From positions 10,841-74,840 of the forward strand of contig JAQQAS010000047.1 in assembly GCA_028532815.1 (NCBI GenBank): a stretch of 64,000 nucleotides of DNA. The letters run 5' to 3'. This stretch comes from Pleomorphochaeta sp. GTDB lineage: Bacteria; Spirochaetota; Spirochaetia; Sphaerochaetales; Sphaerochaetaceae. Position numbers and translations under genes: made by a program. The notes below the pieces were generated by a model that saw only the letters and a list, made by a program, of their open reading frames with translations, was not told the origin of the DNA and searched no databases. Each line of letters opens with the position of its first letter. Position 1 is the stretch's first letter. Below, piece by piece: positions 17,952 through 27,058 of this stretch.

Positions 17952-19490
17952 ATGATAAAAAAAATAAATATTAAACTCTTACCTCAAGAGGCTCAAGATG
18001 ACAATCTTGTAGTAAAGTATGCTTTAGAAAAAGCACAAATTAAGAAAAGTGACTTAACAGATTTTTTAATTACAAAGAAAAGCATAGATTCAAGAAGAAT
18101 ACCTGTAAAAATTGATGTTTCAATTACCTTATATGTAGGGGAAAAAGCTCCTTCTTTATATAATCCTATAAAATTCACAAAAGCTCATAATGATAAAATT
18201 GTTATTGTTGGAATGGGCCCTGCTGGAGTATTTGCTGCATTGAAGCTTTTAGAATGTGGGTATACTCCAATCTTAATTGAGAGAGGAGAAAAAGTAGAAG
18301 ATAGACGAAAAAGTGTTGCCACGATGATTCGGGAAAATAAGATTAATGAAGAATCAAATTACTGCTATGGAGAAGGTGGTGCTGGAGCTTTTTCTGATGG
18401 GAAATTATTTACTAGATCAAAAAAATGAGGGAATATTAATGAGGTATTATCTTTATTTGTCCAAATGGGAGCCCCATCCTCAATATTAAGAGAAGCTCAT
18501 CCACATCTAGGAACAGACAAATTGCCTTCAATTATTAAAAATATGAGAAATACTATCTTAGATAATGGTGGTCAAATAATTTATAAGACTAAAGTTGTTG
18601 ATATCATTAAACAAGATGAAGAAGTTATCGGTGTAGTTAGTGATAAAGGAGATAAATATTATGGTCCTGTGATTTTAGCAACCGGGCATAGTGCAAAGGA
18701 TATTTATAAATTATTGGATAAAAAAGATATTGAAATTGAAGCTAAATCTATTGCGATAGGGTTAAGAGTTGAACACTCTCAATCCTTCATAGATCAAGTG
18801 CAGTATAAGAGTAAAAAAGGAAGAGGCAAATATTTGCCACCTGCTGAATATAGATTAGTAAGTAATGTAAATGATAGAGGTGTTTTTTCCTTTTGTATGT
18901 GCCCAGGAGGCTCTGTAGTACCTTCTCACACTGAAAATGGTTATACTCTAGTAAACGGAATGAGCTCCTCTTCTCGAGGCGGGAAATGGGCAAATAGTGC
19001 AATCGTTACAGAAATCAGAGTTGAGGATGTTTTAGAAAATAATGATTCTCTTTCAATGCTTAAATTTCAAGAACAGATTGAAAAAAATACTTTTTCTCTT
19101 ATAAGTTCAGGTGTTAATGCACCAGCTCAAAGAGTATCAGATTTTGTAAAACAAGTAGAAAGTAAAGATTTACCTCAATCTAGTTATTTAGGAACTTTAG
19201 AGACAAAAGATTTGAATCAAATTTTTCCAAAAGAAGTAGCTAAATGTTTAAGAGGTGGTTTTATTTCTTTTAATAAAAAAATCCCTGGTTTTATAAGTGA
19301 GAATGCTATTGTTATAGCAAGTGAAACAAGAACTAGTAGCCCTGTGAGAATTTTAAGAGATAAAGAGAGCTTTATGAGCAATGAGGGATTATTCCCTTGT
19401 GGAGAAGGTGCCGGTTATGCAGGCGGTATTGTCTCTTCTGCTCTAGATGGAATTAATTGTGCTTTAGCTGCTATAAGGTATTTATCATGA
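17952..19490 (+). pseudogene. COG2509-type FAD-dependent protein interrupted by one in-frame TGA (18426-18428)
   Basis: ORFs 17952..18428 and 18465..19490 are in the same frame. The stretch between them (GNINEVLSLFVQ) is open. Joined sequence: GMGPAGVFAA ... GAFSDGKLFTRSKK*GNINEVLSLFVQMGAPSSILREAHPHLGTDKLP ... GEGAGYAGGI. Confidence 0.7.
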
Positions 19491-19966
19491 TAGAAGGATT
19501 TTCTCCAATAATAGGGGAAAATCCTAAATATTTAATTTTAGGATCAGCCCCTAGTGTAATTTCCTTAAAACAGGGAGAATATTATGGCAATAAACAAAAT
19601 AGTTTTTGGCAGATTGTCTCAGCTATCTTTAATGGTCCTAAATTAAATACTTATCAAGAAAAAACCAAATTCATATTAGATAATAATATTATTCTTTGGG
19701 ATGTTGTAAAAACTTGTAGCAGAAAAGGCTCTTTAGATAGCGAGATTAAAAGTGTTGTTGCAAATGATTTACAAAACTTAATTGATACTCATTCAACTAT
19801 TGAAAAAGTTATTTTCAATGGAAAAATGTCTGAAAAATTATATAAAAGACATATCAATTTTTATCCAAGTAAAATTCAATTTAAAAGTTTACCTTCCTCA
19901 AGCCCTGCTTATACCTTAAAAGTTGAAGAGAAACTTAAAATATGGAAAGATTTTATATTAAATTAA
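19487..19966 (+). CDS. DNA-deoxyinosine (hypoxanthine) glycosylase, UDG-superfamily
   Basis: Motifs ILGSAPSVISLKQGEYYGNKQNSFW and LPSSSPA. The ATG at 19487 overlaps the upstream TGA (ATGA), so the tracked start at 19457 is probably too long. Confidence 0.6.
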   Translation: MIEGFSPIIGENPKYLILGSAPSVISLKQGEYYGNKQNSFWQIVSAIFNGPKLNTYQEKTKFILDNNIILWDVVKTCSRKGSLDSEIKSVVANDLQNLIDTHSTIEKVIFNGKMSEKLYKRHINFYPSKIQFKSLPSSSPAYTLKVEEKLKIWKDFILN

Positions 19967-20027
19967 TAGCCCTAGGTTTTAAGGAATTAAAGTAATTTGT
20001 ATTTATGGATTTAGAAAACACAAAAAA

Positions 20028-20051
20028 ATAACCTATAAAAATATAGGTTAT
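20028..20051. terminator. Bidirectional hairpin terminator between convergent genes
   Basis: Perfect 10-bp stem ATAACCTATA / TATAGGTTAT, 4-nt loop, A-run on the left and a T-containing tail on the right. Confidence 0.6.
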
Positions 20052-20076
20052 GTATAAAATATGGATAATTTGTTTA

Positions 20077-21246
20077 TTAATTATTTTCTATTCTAGTGTT
20101 ATAAAGAGTATTTGAGTTTTGATCTTTAAAAGTTATTTCTAGATAATCTCTATAAACCTCTAAATCCATATACCCATAGTGCTCAGTATCTAACCAAATT
20201 GAATTAGGAGATGTATAATCTCTTTCACTATCTAATTTTCCCCCCATAGTGCCAACAACTGCATAATGGGTATTATTATTTTTTAATAATTCCATTAGAT
20301 GATTGTGTCCACTAATCATAAGTTCAACATCATATTTTTCAAGAATAGGGGTAACTTCATTTATAACATCTTCATTGTCATACCAATTTCTTTTTGACTT
20401 AGTATCGTAATAACCTGAACAGTAGGCAAAACAGTGAGATAGCACTATAGTCATATCTTCTTTAGGAATACTTTCTAACTGTTCAATGAGCCAATTTTCT
20501 TGCACCTTATCAAATTCTTGTGCGTCCCAAAGAAGATTTAAAGTAATTATATGAATATTATCATAGTCAAACCTACTGTAAAAATTATTTAAATCTCTTT
20601 GAAAGTATTTTTTAAAATATTTAGTCCCATTTATCAGAGCATCATGATTTCCTAAAATAACATGAATTGGTGTATTTTCTAAATTTTCTTTTATATATGT
20701 TGTGGCATCTTTATAATATGTTTCAATTGAACCCAGCTCAGATACATCCCCCAAACATAAAAAAGCATCATAATCTTGATTGTTTATATCTCTTAGAATT
20801 TGGTTTGTAACTTGTGTATTACTATTTTCACTTCCCCAATGAGGGTCAGAAGATACAGCAAAGGATAATTTAGAATCACCATTAATATTTAAATTCTTCC
20901 CATTGATTTCATTTACTAGATATCGATCTTCAACTTTAGAGAATGTTGGTATAACTAGATATAAAAACATGCCTATAAGAAAGATAGTGAGAAGTGATGA
21001 GATGATAAGAGATGCAACTTTACCTATTTGAGTAATTTTCTTATTTTTAAAATCAATTAATGAAATAATAAATAGCAAACCAAGTATAAAAACTGTAACC
21101 CAAAGAGTAATTAAAATCCTAGAGTAGATAGGATTCCATCGGCACAAGCCGATGAAACCTGGTAGATATGTTATCCAAATCAAAATTATAGCTGATAAAA
21201 TAATTAATACTAAATTAACAATATGAGTACTTCTAAGTTTCTTCAT
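20077..21246 (-). CDS. Membrane-anchored metallophosphoesterase (calcineurin-like)
   Basis: About four N-terminal TM helices followed by SSDPHWG, GDVSELG, GNHD and GHNH motifs. Confidence 0.7.
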   Translation of the reverse strand: MKKLRSTHIVNLVLIILSAIILIWITYLPGFIGLCRWNPIYSRILITLWVTVFILGLLFIISLIDFKNKKITQIGKVASLIISSLLTIFLIGMFLYLVIPTFSKVEDRYLVNEINGKNLNINGDSKLSFAVSSDPHWGSENSNTQVTNQILRDINNQDYDAFLCLGDVSELGSIETYYKDATTYIKENLENTPIHVILGNHDALINGTKYFKKYFQRDLNNFYSRFDYDNIHIITLNLLWDAQEFDKVQENWLIEQLESIPKEDMTIVLSHCFAYCSGYYDTKSKRNWYDNEDVINEVTPILEKYDVELMISGHNHLMELLKNNNTHYAVVGTMGGKLDSERDYTSPNSIWLDTEHYGYMDLEVYRDYLEITFKDQNSNTLYNTRIENN

Positions 21247-21273
21247 TTTTAAGACCTAAATTAATAAGTATAA

Positions 21274-22890
21274 TTATTTGAATTTGTAGAATAAACCAAT
21301 ATAGGCAGATTCACTAGTTTCAATGTCAGTTCTATAGTTTATAGCAGCCTCGCCACCAACTCTTAGCATCCAATGTTGATCGATGTGGACGTTAATACCA
21401 AGAGATAAACCTAATCTGAAATAAGGTGTTTCTGTATCACCTTCGTCAAGTGGAATTAATGAGCCAAGTCCAACTTTATAGAAATAAGAAACATTAGAAT
21501 AATTAGGTGTAAATTCTTGTGAGAATGTAGCATAAGTAACTAGCTCTTTGTAGTTAAAAGCGTTATCTGTCCCAACCGAAGCGAAGTGATCAGCACCCAC
21601 TCCAATTTGCAAGCCAATAACTGTACCTTCTACAACTTCATTTTCTACAACGAAATCGCCTCTTAATCCATAGTTACTATTCTTATCTCCATACTGGAAG
21701 AATGTAAAGTTTGGAATAATACCAATTCTATAAGGGCTAACTGTTTTTTCTTCATCCCAGTCTCCAATTATTTCTTGATCAAAATCATCTTCTGCTTCAC
21801 CATCAATAGGTCCAAATTCATCTTGTGGTGGAATCTCTGAATCTTGAGGACCTTCACCAAATTCTGGCGCAAGTTTTCCATCTTCCAATGTAGGAGGTAT
21901 TTCTTCTTGTTCTAAGTTTTCACTTTCAAAAACTTCTTTTTCACTTATTAAATTATCTTGTTCCACCTCAGGTTCAATGGTTAGAACTTTTTGTTCTAAA
22001 ACACTACCTTTAGTGTCAAGTTTAACGCTTTCTTCAGTGGTTTCAAGTTGGATTTCTCCAGTTTCAGCATCAAAATTAATACCTGTGATTTCACCTTTTA
22101 CAACTGTAGTTTGATCATCTTTTTTAATAGTTGTAGTCTCTCCATCTGATTCGATAGAAGTTCCTGAGTTGAAAATAAATGTAGTACTGCCACCAATTAT
22201 ATGAGTTAATTGATTACCATCTTCATACTGTATTTTAATAATACTTGTTAGTGCGTCAGTATCTAATATATTGCTATTACTAATTACAAAATTTTTAAAT
22301 ATAGTTTCACAGCTATCCTTTTTTTGATCAATTACTAAGTTTTCTGTGCTGAATAATAACTCTGTATTATTAAATTTTAGAGTTGTTCCTTCGCCATAAT
22401 CAATTGTGTACCAATTGTCTGCTGTAATAAAATCAAATATATTTGCATTAGTTAAAGGGTGTCCTCTATATAAAGTTTGGAAAGTGGTAAAATCTTTATC
22501 TATTAATAAAGTAATTCTAACTGGGAAGTTAACAATTAAATCTCCGTTAGATTTAATAATTAAGGCAGCTCCATCGTAGAATTCGTAAGTAACTCTATCT
22601 TCTTCTTTTATAGTATTTGCAATTTCTTTTGTTGGTAGTTCTTTGTCATTTAAGAACAACTTATCATTTACAACACTATATCCAAGTTCACTATCATCAA
22701 AAACTTCAGGCTCAACTACTTCTTCAATAATATTTTCAGGTTCTTGAGTAATTGGTTCACTAGATGTTTTAATTTCAGCACTAGTTGTATCTTGTTCTTT
22801 TTCAGCTCTATTACAAGAACTAAGTACTGTAATAGTTAATGCAAAAACAATAAGTAATGTTATTATTTTTCTATTAGTTCTAAAAGTCAT
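21274..22890 (-). CDS. Lipoprotein with an acidic linker and a C-terminal beta-barrel-like domain; function unknown
   Basis: Lipobox VLSSC. Asp/Glu/Pro-rich region. The last ~150 aa show alternating hydrophobic beta-strand patterning with an aromatic-rich end (GLFYKFK). Only 27 nt separate it from the downstream phosphoesterase gene. Confidence 0.5.
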   Translation of the reverse strand: MTFRTNRKIITLLIVFALTITVLSSCNRAEKEQDTTSAEIKTSSEPITQEPENIIEEVVEPEVFDDSELGYSVVNDKLFLNDKELPTKEIANTIKEEDRVTYEFYDGAALIIKSNGDLIVNFPVRITLLIDKDFTTFQTLYRGHPLTNANIFDFITADNWYTIDYGEGTTLKFNNTELLFSTENLVIDQKKDSCETIFKNFVISNSNILDTDALTSIIKIQYEDGNQLTHIIGGSTTFIFNSGTSIESDGETTTIKKDDQTTVVKGEITGINFDAETGEIQLETTEESVKLDTKGSVLEQKVLTIEPEVEQDNLISEKEVFESENLEQEEIPPTLEDGKLAPEFGEGPQDSEIPPQDEFGPIDGEAEDDFDQEIIGDWDEEKTVSPYRIGIIPNFTFFQYGDKNSNYGLRGDFVVENEVVEGTVIGLQIGVGADHFASVGTDNAFNYKELVTYATFSQEFTPNYSNVSYFYKVGLGSLIPLDEGDTETPYFRLGLSLGINVHIDQHWMLRVGGEAAINYRTDIETSESAYIGLFYKFK

Positions 22891-23012
22891 ATTTTACCTC
22901 ATAAATTTGGATGATTTCATTCTAAGCACTAAATAAAATCAATAATATTGTAACTTATAGTCTTACAGTTTGCTAGTGTAGAATGATAAATACATAAAAA
23001 TTCATAGCTTGC

Positions 23013-24191
23013 TTATTCTTTTAGTAAGAATCTTTTGGAAGAAAATGAAATTAAAAACGAACCTAGAGGTGCTGTTATTAATATTGCTAATACAGCAAAG
23101 GTTAATACCAAGTTACCACAAGCTAATCCCATTGCTAAGGGAACACCGCCCATAGCAGCTTGAACTGTTGCTTTTGGTAATTCACTAAATAAACAAAATG
23201 TTTGTTCTTTTAAAGTTAAGCCTGTCTTAAGTGTTGCTAAGAAAGTTCCAACAGTTCTAAAAGCTAAACCAATGAAAATCATAATAATCATTGCAAATCC
23301 AGCATGAGTTGCATATTCAACATTAACTAATGCTCCAACAAGTACAAATAGTAATATTTCAGCACCAACCCAAAGTTTTGAGAATTTAGGTGTCAGTCTA
23401 TCTGATAAGATAGGATAATGAGCTTTAATGATTAAGCCTAAACTAATAATTGACAACAATCCAGAAACTGGTACAACTTCTTTTAAGGCATTCTCTATAC
23501 TTATAAACAAGAAGCTAATTGATAAAAGTAATAATACTTTAACAGTGTCTCTCATATGGAATTTCTTAAAGAATCTAACCAATAGTTCACCACTAACACC
23601 ACCTAATATAACACCAGTTAGCATAGAGATCGGTACATTGAAAAGGGCAGAAGCATGAACATCTCCACCTTTTTCAAGAGCAACCAAAGCTGTAAATATT
23701 ACAATACAGTAAACATCATCTGCGGAAGATCCAGCTAGCATCATCTGCGGAATTGCTTTATTAGTACCTCTTTTTTCTTCTATTAATTTAGTCATAGCCG
23801 GTACAACTACAGCTGGAGAAACTGCGGCCATTACAGAACCAATAATACCTGCTTCTAATAATGTGATTCCAATTAGATTTGGCGCAATTAATAAATATCC
23901 CATTATTTCAAAAGAAGCTGGAAGAAAGCACAATAGTATTGCAGGTCTTCCAACTTTTTTTAAATCTTTTATATCTAAGCTTAGGCCTGCTTTCATTAAA
24001 ATAATTATTAATGCTATTTCTCTAAGATCAGCTGAGATTTCATTTATAGCTGGATCTAAAATATTAAATACATAAGGTCCTAATAAGATTCCGATAAAAA
24101 GCATGCCAATTATATATGGTAGTTTGATTTTAGAAAAAATCACTTTAGAAAAAAGTCCTAAAATAATTATAATTGCAAAACTAAATAGCAT
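23013..24191 (-). CDS. Cation:proton antiporter (Na+/H+ exchanger family)
   Basis: About 11-12 TM helices with a CPA-type layout. GAGGAG lies 6 nt before the ATG at 24191, which is preferred over the tracked 24212. Confidence 0.8.
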   Translation of the reverse strand: MLFSFAIIIILGLFSKVIFSKIKLPYIIGMLFIGILLGPYVFNILDPAINEISADLREIALIIILMKAGLSLDIKDLKKVGRPAILLCFLPASFEIMGYLLIAPNLIGITLLEAGIIGSVMAAVSPAVVVPAMTKLIEEKRGTNKAIPQMMLAGSSADDVYCIVIFTALVALEKGGDVHASALFNVPISMLTGVILGGVSGELLVRFFKKFHMRDTVKVLLLLSISFLFISIENALKEVVPVSGLLSIISLGLIIKAHYPILSDRLTPKFSKLWVGAEILLFVLVGALVNVEYATHAGFAMIIMIFIGLAFRTVGTFLATLKTGLTLKEQTFCLFSELPKATVQAAMGGVPLAMGLACGNLVLTFAVLAILITAPLGSFLISFSSKRFLLKE

Positions 24192-24212
24192 TAAATTCTC
24201 CTCTTGGAGCAT

Positions 24213-24299
24213 AAAAAAAAGATGCCCCTGCTAGTGTATTAACAGAAGTCATCAGCTTATAGCAGTTCGGATTAGATATCCAGGGAGACGTTCATTCCC
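24213..24299 (-). promoter_or_regulatory. Riboswitch-like 5' leader with an intrinsic terminator; the aptamer part resembles the fluoride (crcB) motif
   Basis: Minus-strand RNA: GGGAAUGAACGUCUCCC-UGGAUAUCUAAUCC-GAACUGCUAUAAGCUGAUGACUUCUG-loop-CAGGGGCAUC-U8. The terminator stem GAUGACUUCUG / CAGGGGCAUC overlaps the 3' strand of the putative aptamer. Confidence 0.5.
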
Positions 24300-24308
24300 A
24301 TTGAATGA

Positions 24309-24337
24309 ATAATAAACAATTAAAAAGAAAATGGCAA
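24309..24337 (-). promoter_or_regulatory. Promoter for the antiporter leader
   Basis: On the minus strand: TTGCCA (24337-24332), 17-nt spacer, TATTAT (24314-24309). Confidence 0.5.
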
Positions 24338-24346
24338 TATTAAAAA

Positions 24347-25141
24347 CTACTGTTTAGGTTGCACACTTTGTAAAACCTTGTTTGCTATTTTTATTAAAGG
24401 ATGTCTAGTTCCTAATTTTTTATTCATCGCAACAGTACTTTTGGTAAGTAAGTCTAATGCTAATTTCTCATTTTCGTTTTTTATAGCTAAAGTAGATAAT
24501 CTAATTAGGAATGAAAAACGCTCTTCGTCAGTTAATTCTAAAGATAATTCAGTTGCTTTATGAAAAATTTCTAAATAAGCCATATATGCAGACTTTATAG
24601 ATTTAGTTCTTTCATAATATAGGGCAATTGCAATTAATATATTTGCAATTTCAGAATTGGAAGACTCTCCATTTACTGAAGATTTATAAGCATTTTGTAG
24701 ATAAGATATTTCCATATATTTATCTTTATATACTTGAGAGAGGGCTGCTCTAAACAAGCAATAATATGGATATTCAGGATTTTCTTCATCAAAAGTATAT
24801 GTTGAAGCAATCTCTTTAGCCTTTGATATATTTCCGTTTTTTAAATAAGCAAAACCAAGATTAACAATAATTTTGCTTTTTAGCTTAATATCTGGAGATG
24901 ACTTTATTAAGTTAAATAATTCTTTTGCTATATCTAGAGCTTCTTCGTATTCTTCTTCTTCAAAATATAAATCATAAAGTTTATTAGAGGTTTTAATATA
25001 AAGTCTACTAGTTGGACCTGTTACATTAAAGGCATCAGATCTTGCATTTTCTAATTGAAAAATAGTCTCTTGTCTTTTTGCAAAGTCAGTTAAGTTTGAG
25101 TTATCTTTAGCTAGTACTAAATATTTTTTATAATTTTCCAC
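24347..25141 (-). CDS. Hypothetical helical-repeat (TPR-like) protein
   Basis: 264 aa, no signal peptide. Recurring ~34-aa A/Y/L-patterned helices. Weak call. Confidence 0.35.
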   Translation of the reverse strand: MENYKKYLVLAKDNSNLTDFAKRQETIFQLENARSDAFNVTGPTSRLYIKTSNKLYDLYFEEEEYEEALDIAKELFNLIKSSPDIKLKSKIIVNLGFAYLKNGNISKAKEIASTYTFDEENPEYPYYCLFRAALSQVYKDKYMEISYLQNAYKSSVNGESSNSEIANILIAIALYYERTKSIKSAYMAYLEIFHKATELSLELTDEERFSFLIRLSTLAIKNENEKLALDLLTKSTVAMNKKLGTRHPLIKIANKVLQSVQPKQ

Positions 25142-25220
25142 TATTGTTTTCCTTATTCTTTGTTTTAAAGATAATAATAGGATATTAAATATTCAATATT
25201 AAACATACAAAATATATAAA

Positions 25221-25970
25221 TTAGTTACTAATTAATACCTTTTTTAAGTATGTTTCGTTTAATAAATGTATACTATTAAATTTTCCATCAATAAATACAG
25301 CCCAATTGTTAAATACAGAGGGTAAATTTTTGGCATCCTCTAAATTAGTAACTTTTATTATTTTTAGATTAATATCATTCTTGATACAATAGTTTTCAAC
25401 TTGCTCTATACAATTTATTGAATAGGGGCATTGGGGAGAATAGTAAATTCTAAGTCCACTTTCATTGAAAGAGGTTCTCTTTTTTACAGAGGGAGAGAAT
25501 TGAGGTTTGTTTGAATTAAAATTTATTGCAAGCAATAGATAATCATCTATTTCATCAACAATCTTAAAATCATATTTTAATAAAAATTTATAATCAGATA
25601 AAAAAGGCTTTTTCTTTTTAGATGAAAGGATACAAACTCCATCTTTATTTTCATCTCTAGCTCTTTTAATTGTAGTTGTTAATAAATTATCTGCATGACC
25701 TTTATGTTTAAAACTTCCTGAAACCCATAAACAGTGAATGTAATAATAATTATTCCCTATAATTGGAACCCAAGCTTTTTCAAGCGGGGTATATTCTATA
25801 AAAACTTTTCCCTTTGCATCTAGTTTAGTAAAAGTATGCCCATATTCAATTTGATCTTTAATCCATGCCTTTTTATTAACAACACCTTTTTGATGTTTTT
25901 TATCTGATATAGCACAGCAAACATGCTCCATTTCTATATTATCTTTTGTTAGAGTGATGTATTTGTCCAT
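25221..25970 (-). CDS. GNAT N-acetyltransferase with a YoaP-like C-terminal domain
   Basis: EHVCCAISDKKHQKG N-terminus. HCLWVSGSFKHKGHA core. C-terminal YYSPQCPY thioredoxin-like motif. AGGAG lies 7 nt before the ATG at 25970. Confidence 0.6.
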   Translation of the reverse strand: MDKYITLTKDNIEMEHVCCAISDKKHQKGVVNKKAWIKDQIEYGHTFTKLDAKGKVFIEYTPLEKAWVPIIGNNYYYIHCLWVSGSFKHKGHADNLLTTTIKRARDENKDGVCILSSKKKKPFLSDYKFLLKYDFKIVDEIDDYLLLAINFNSNKPQFSPSVKKRTSFNESGLRIYYSPQCPYSINCIEQVENYCIKNDINLKIIKVTNLEDAKNLPSVFNNWAVFIDGKFNSIHLLNETYLKKVLISN

Positions 25971-26013
25971 TTTTCTGCTCCTTAGCTTTATTATAGAATA
26001 CTTATTATGACAA

Positions 26014-26922
26014 CTATCTGTCAGCATTTAAATTTTCTTCTATTTTTTTTATAAAACTACTCAATTCTTTTTTTAAAAAATCAGGGCTTATTATTGTGAC
26101 CTCTTTCCCAAGACTTGCTAAAAAGGAAATAATCCACTCATCGTAGATGATCTTTGTATCTAGTGAAATGGAATTGTCTTTATTAATTACTATATCCTTA
26201 TGATTAAATTCATCTAAAGCCCTATAAGAAATCTTATTTGAAAAATGTAGTTTTAATGGTATTAACTTATTTTCATCTACTTTGTTTAGTTTAATATTGT
26301 AATCTAATTTTTCTTCAAAAAAATTATTACCTGTTTTTTTAATACTTATTATTCTATTTATTTTAAATAATCTATAACTTTCTCTTAGGGTACAATAACT
26401 ATAGAGATACCAACTTTTATTTTTAAAGAATAATTTTATTGGTTTAATAATTCTATTTGAAACTCCGTTATATGAACTATAATACTTAATTTCTAATTCC
26501 TCTCTATTTGTAATAGCCTCTTTTAAATTATTGAAATCAAGATTTTCATTTTCTTGTGCCCATGTACTAAAATCTATTTCTATGGGAGATATACTTGCTT
26601 CTTTAAAAATTGCTTTAAGTTTATTTATTGTGTTATCCATTTTAAAAGTATTGATAGTATTAAAACTTTCTATAGAATTTAAAATATATTGTTTCTCTTT
26701 TTTAGAAAATAATGCTCTATCAAGTTTGAAAGAAGAAAGGATTGAAATACCACCAGATTTTCCTAAAGTTGTATAAATGGGTATATTTGCAAGTGATAAA
26801 CTTTCTACATCTCTATAAATCGTTCTTTTAGAAACACCTACTTTATTTGCTAAATCATTAGCACTTATTTGATCACAATTTAACAAGATAAAAACTATTT
26901 TTAAGAGTCTTTCGATTTTCAT
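26014..26922 (-). CDS. HTH-WYL-domain transcriptional regulator (YafY/BrxR-like architecture)
   Basis: N-terminal wHTH (VSKRTIYRDVESL) and a central WYL motif (NKSWYLYSYC). 302 aa. Confidence 0.8.
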   Translation of the reverse strand: MKIERLLKIVFILLNCDQISANDLANKVGVSKRTIYRDVESLSLANIPIYTTLGKSGGISILSSFKLDRALFSKKEKQYILNSIESFNTINTFKMDNTINKLKAIFKEASISPIEIDFSTWAQENENLDFNNLKEAITNREELEIKYYSSYNGVSNRIIKPIKLFFKNKSWYLYSYCTLRESYRLFKINRIISIKKTGNNFFEEKLDYNIKLNKVDENKLIPLKLHFSNKISYRALDEFNHKDIVINKDNSISLDTKIIYDEWIISFLASLGKEVTIISPDFLKKELSSFIKKIEENLNADR

Positions 26923-27058
26923 TATTTCTCCTTTTATTTACTTGTTATTATAGCATAAGGAATTAGGTGTTTATATTGCTATTTTTATCAATTTAATCGC
27001 ATAATTTCTGACATTTGTTTTTATTGTGCTATAAATAATTCCATGTTACTCTATCCCT

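Noticed and set aside
18426-18428. Selenocysteine insertion at the in-frame TGA of the FAD protein.
   Set aside because: There is no convincing SECIS-like stem-loop in the 50 nt downstream. The position is remembered as Arg in homologues, not Cys. This family is not a known selenoprotein. It is kept only as a formal check in the findings.
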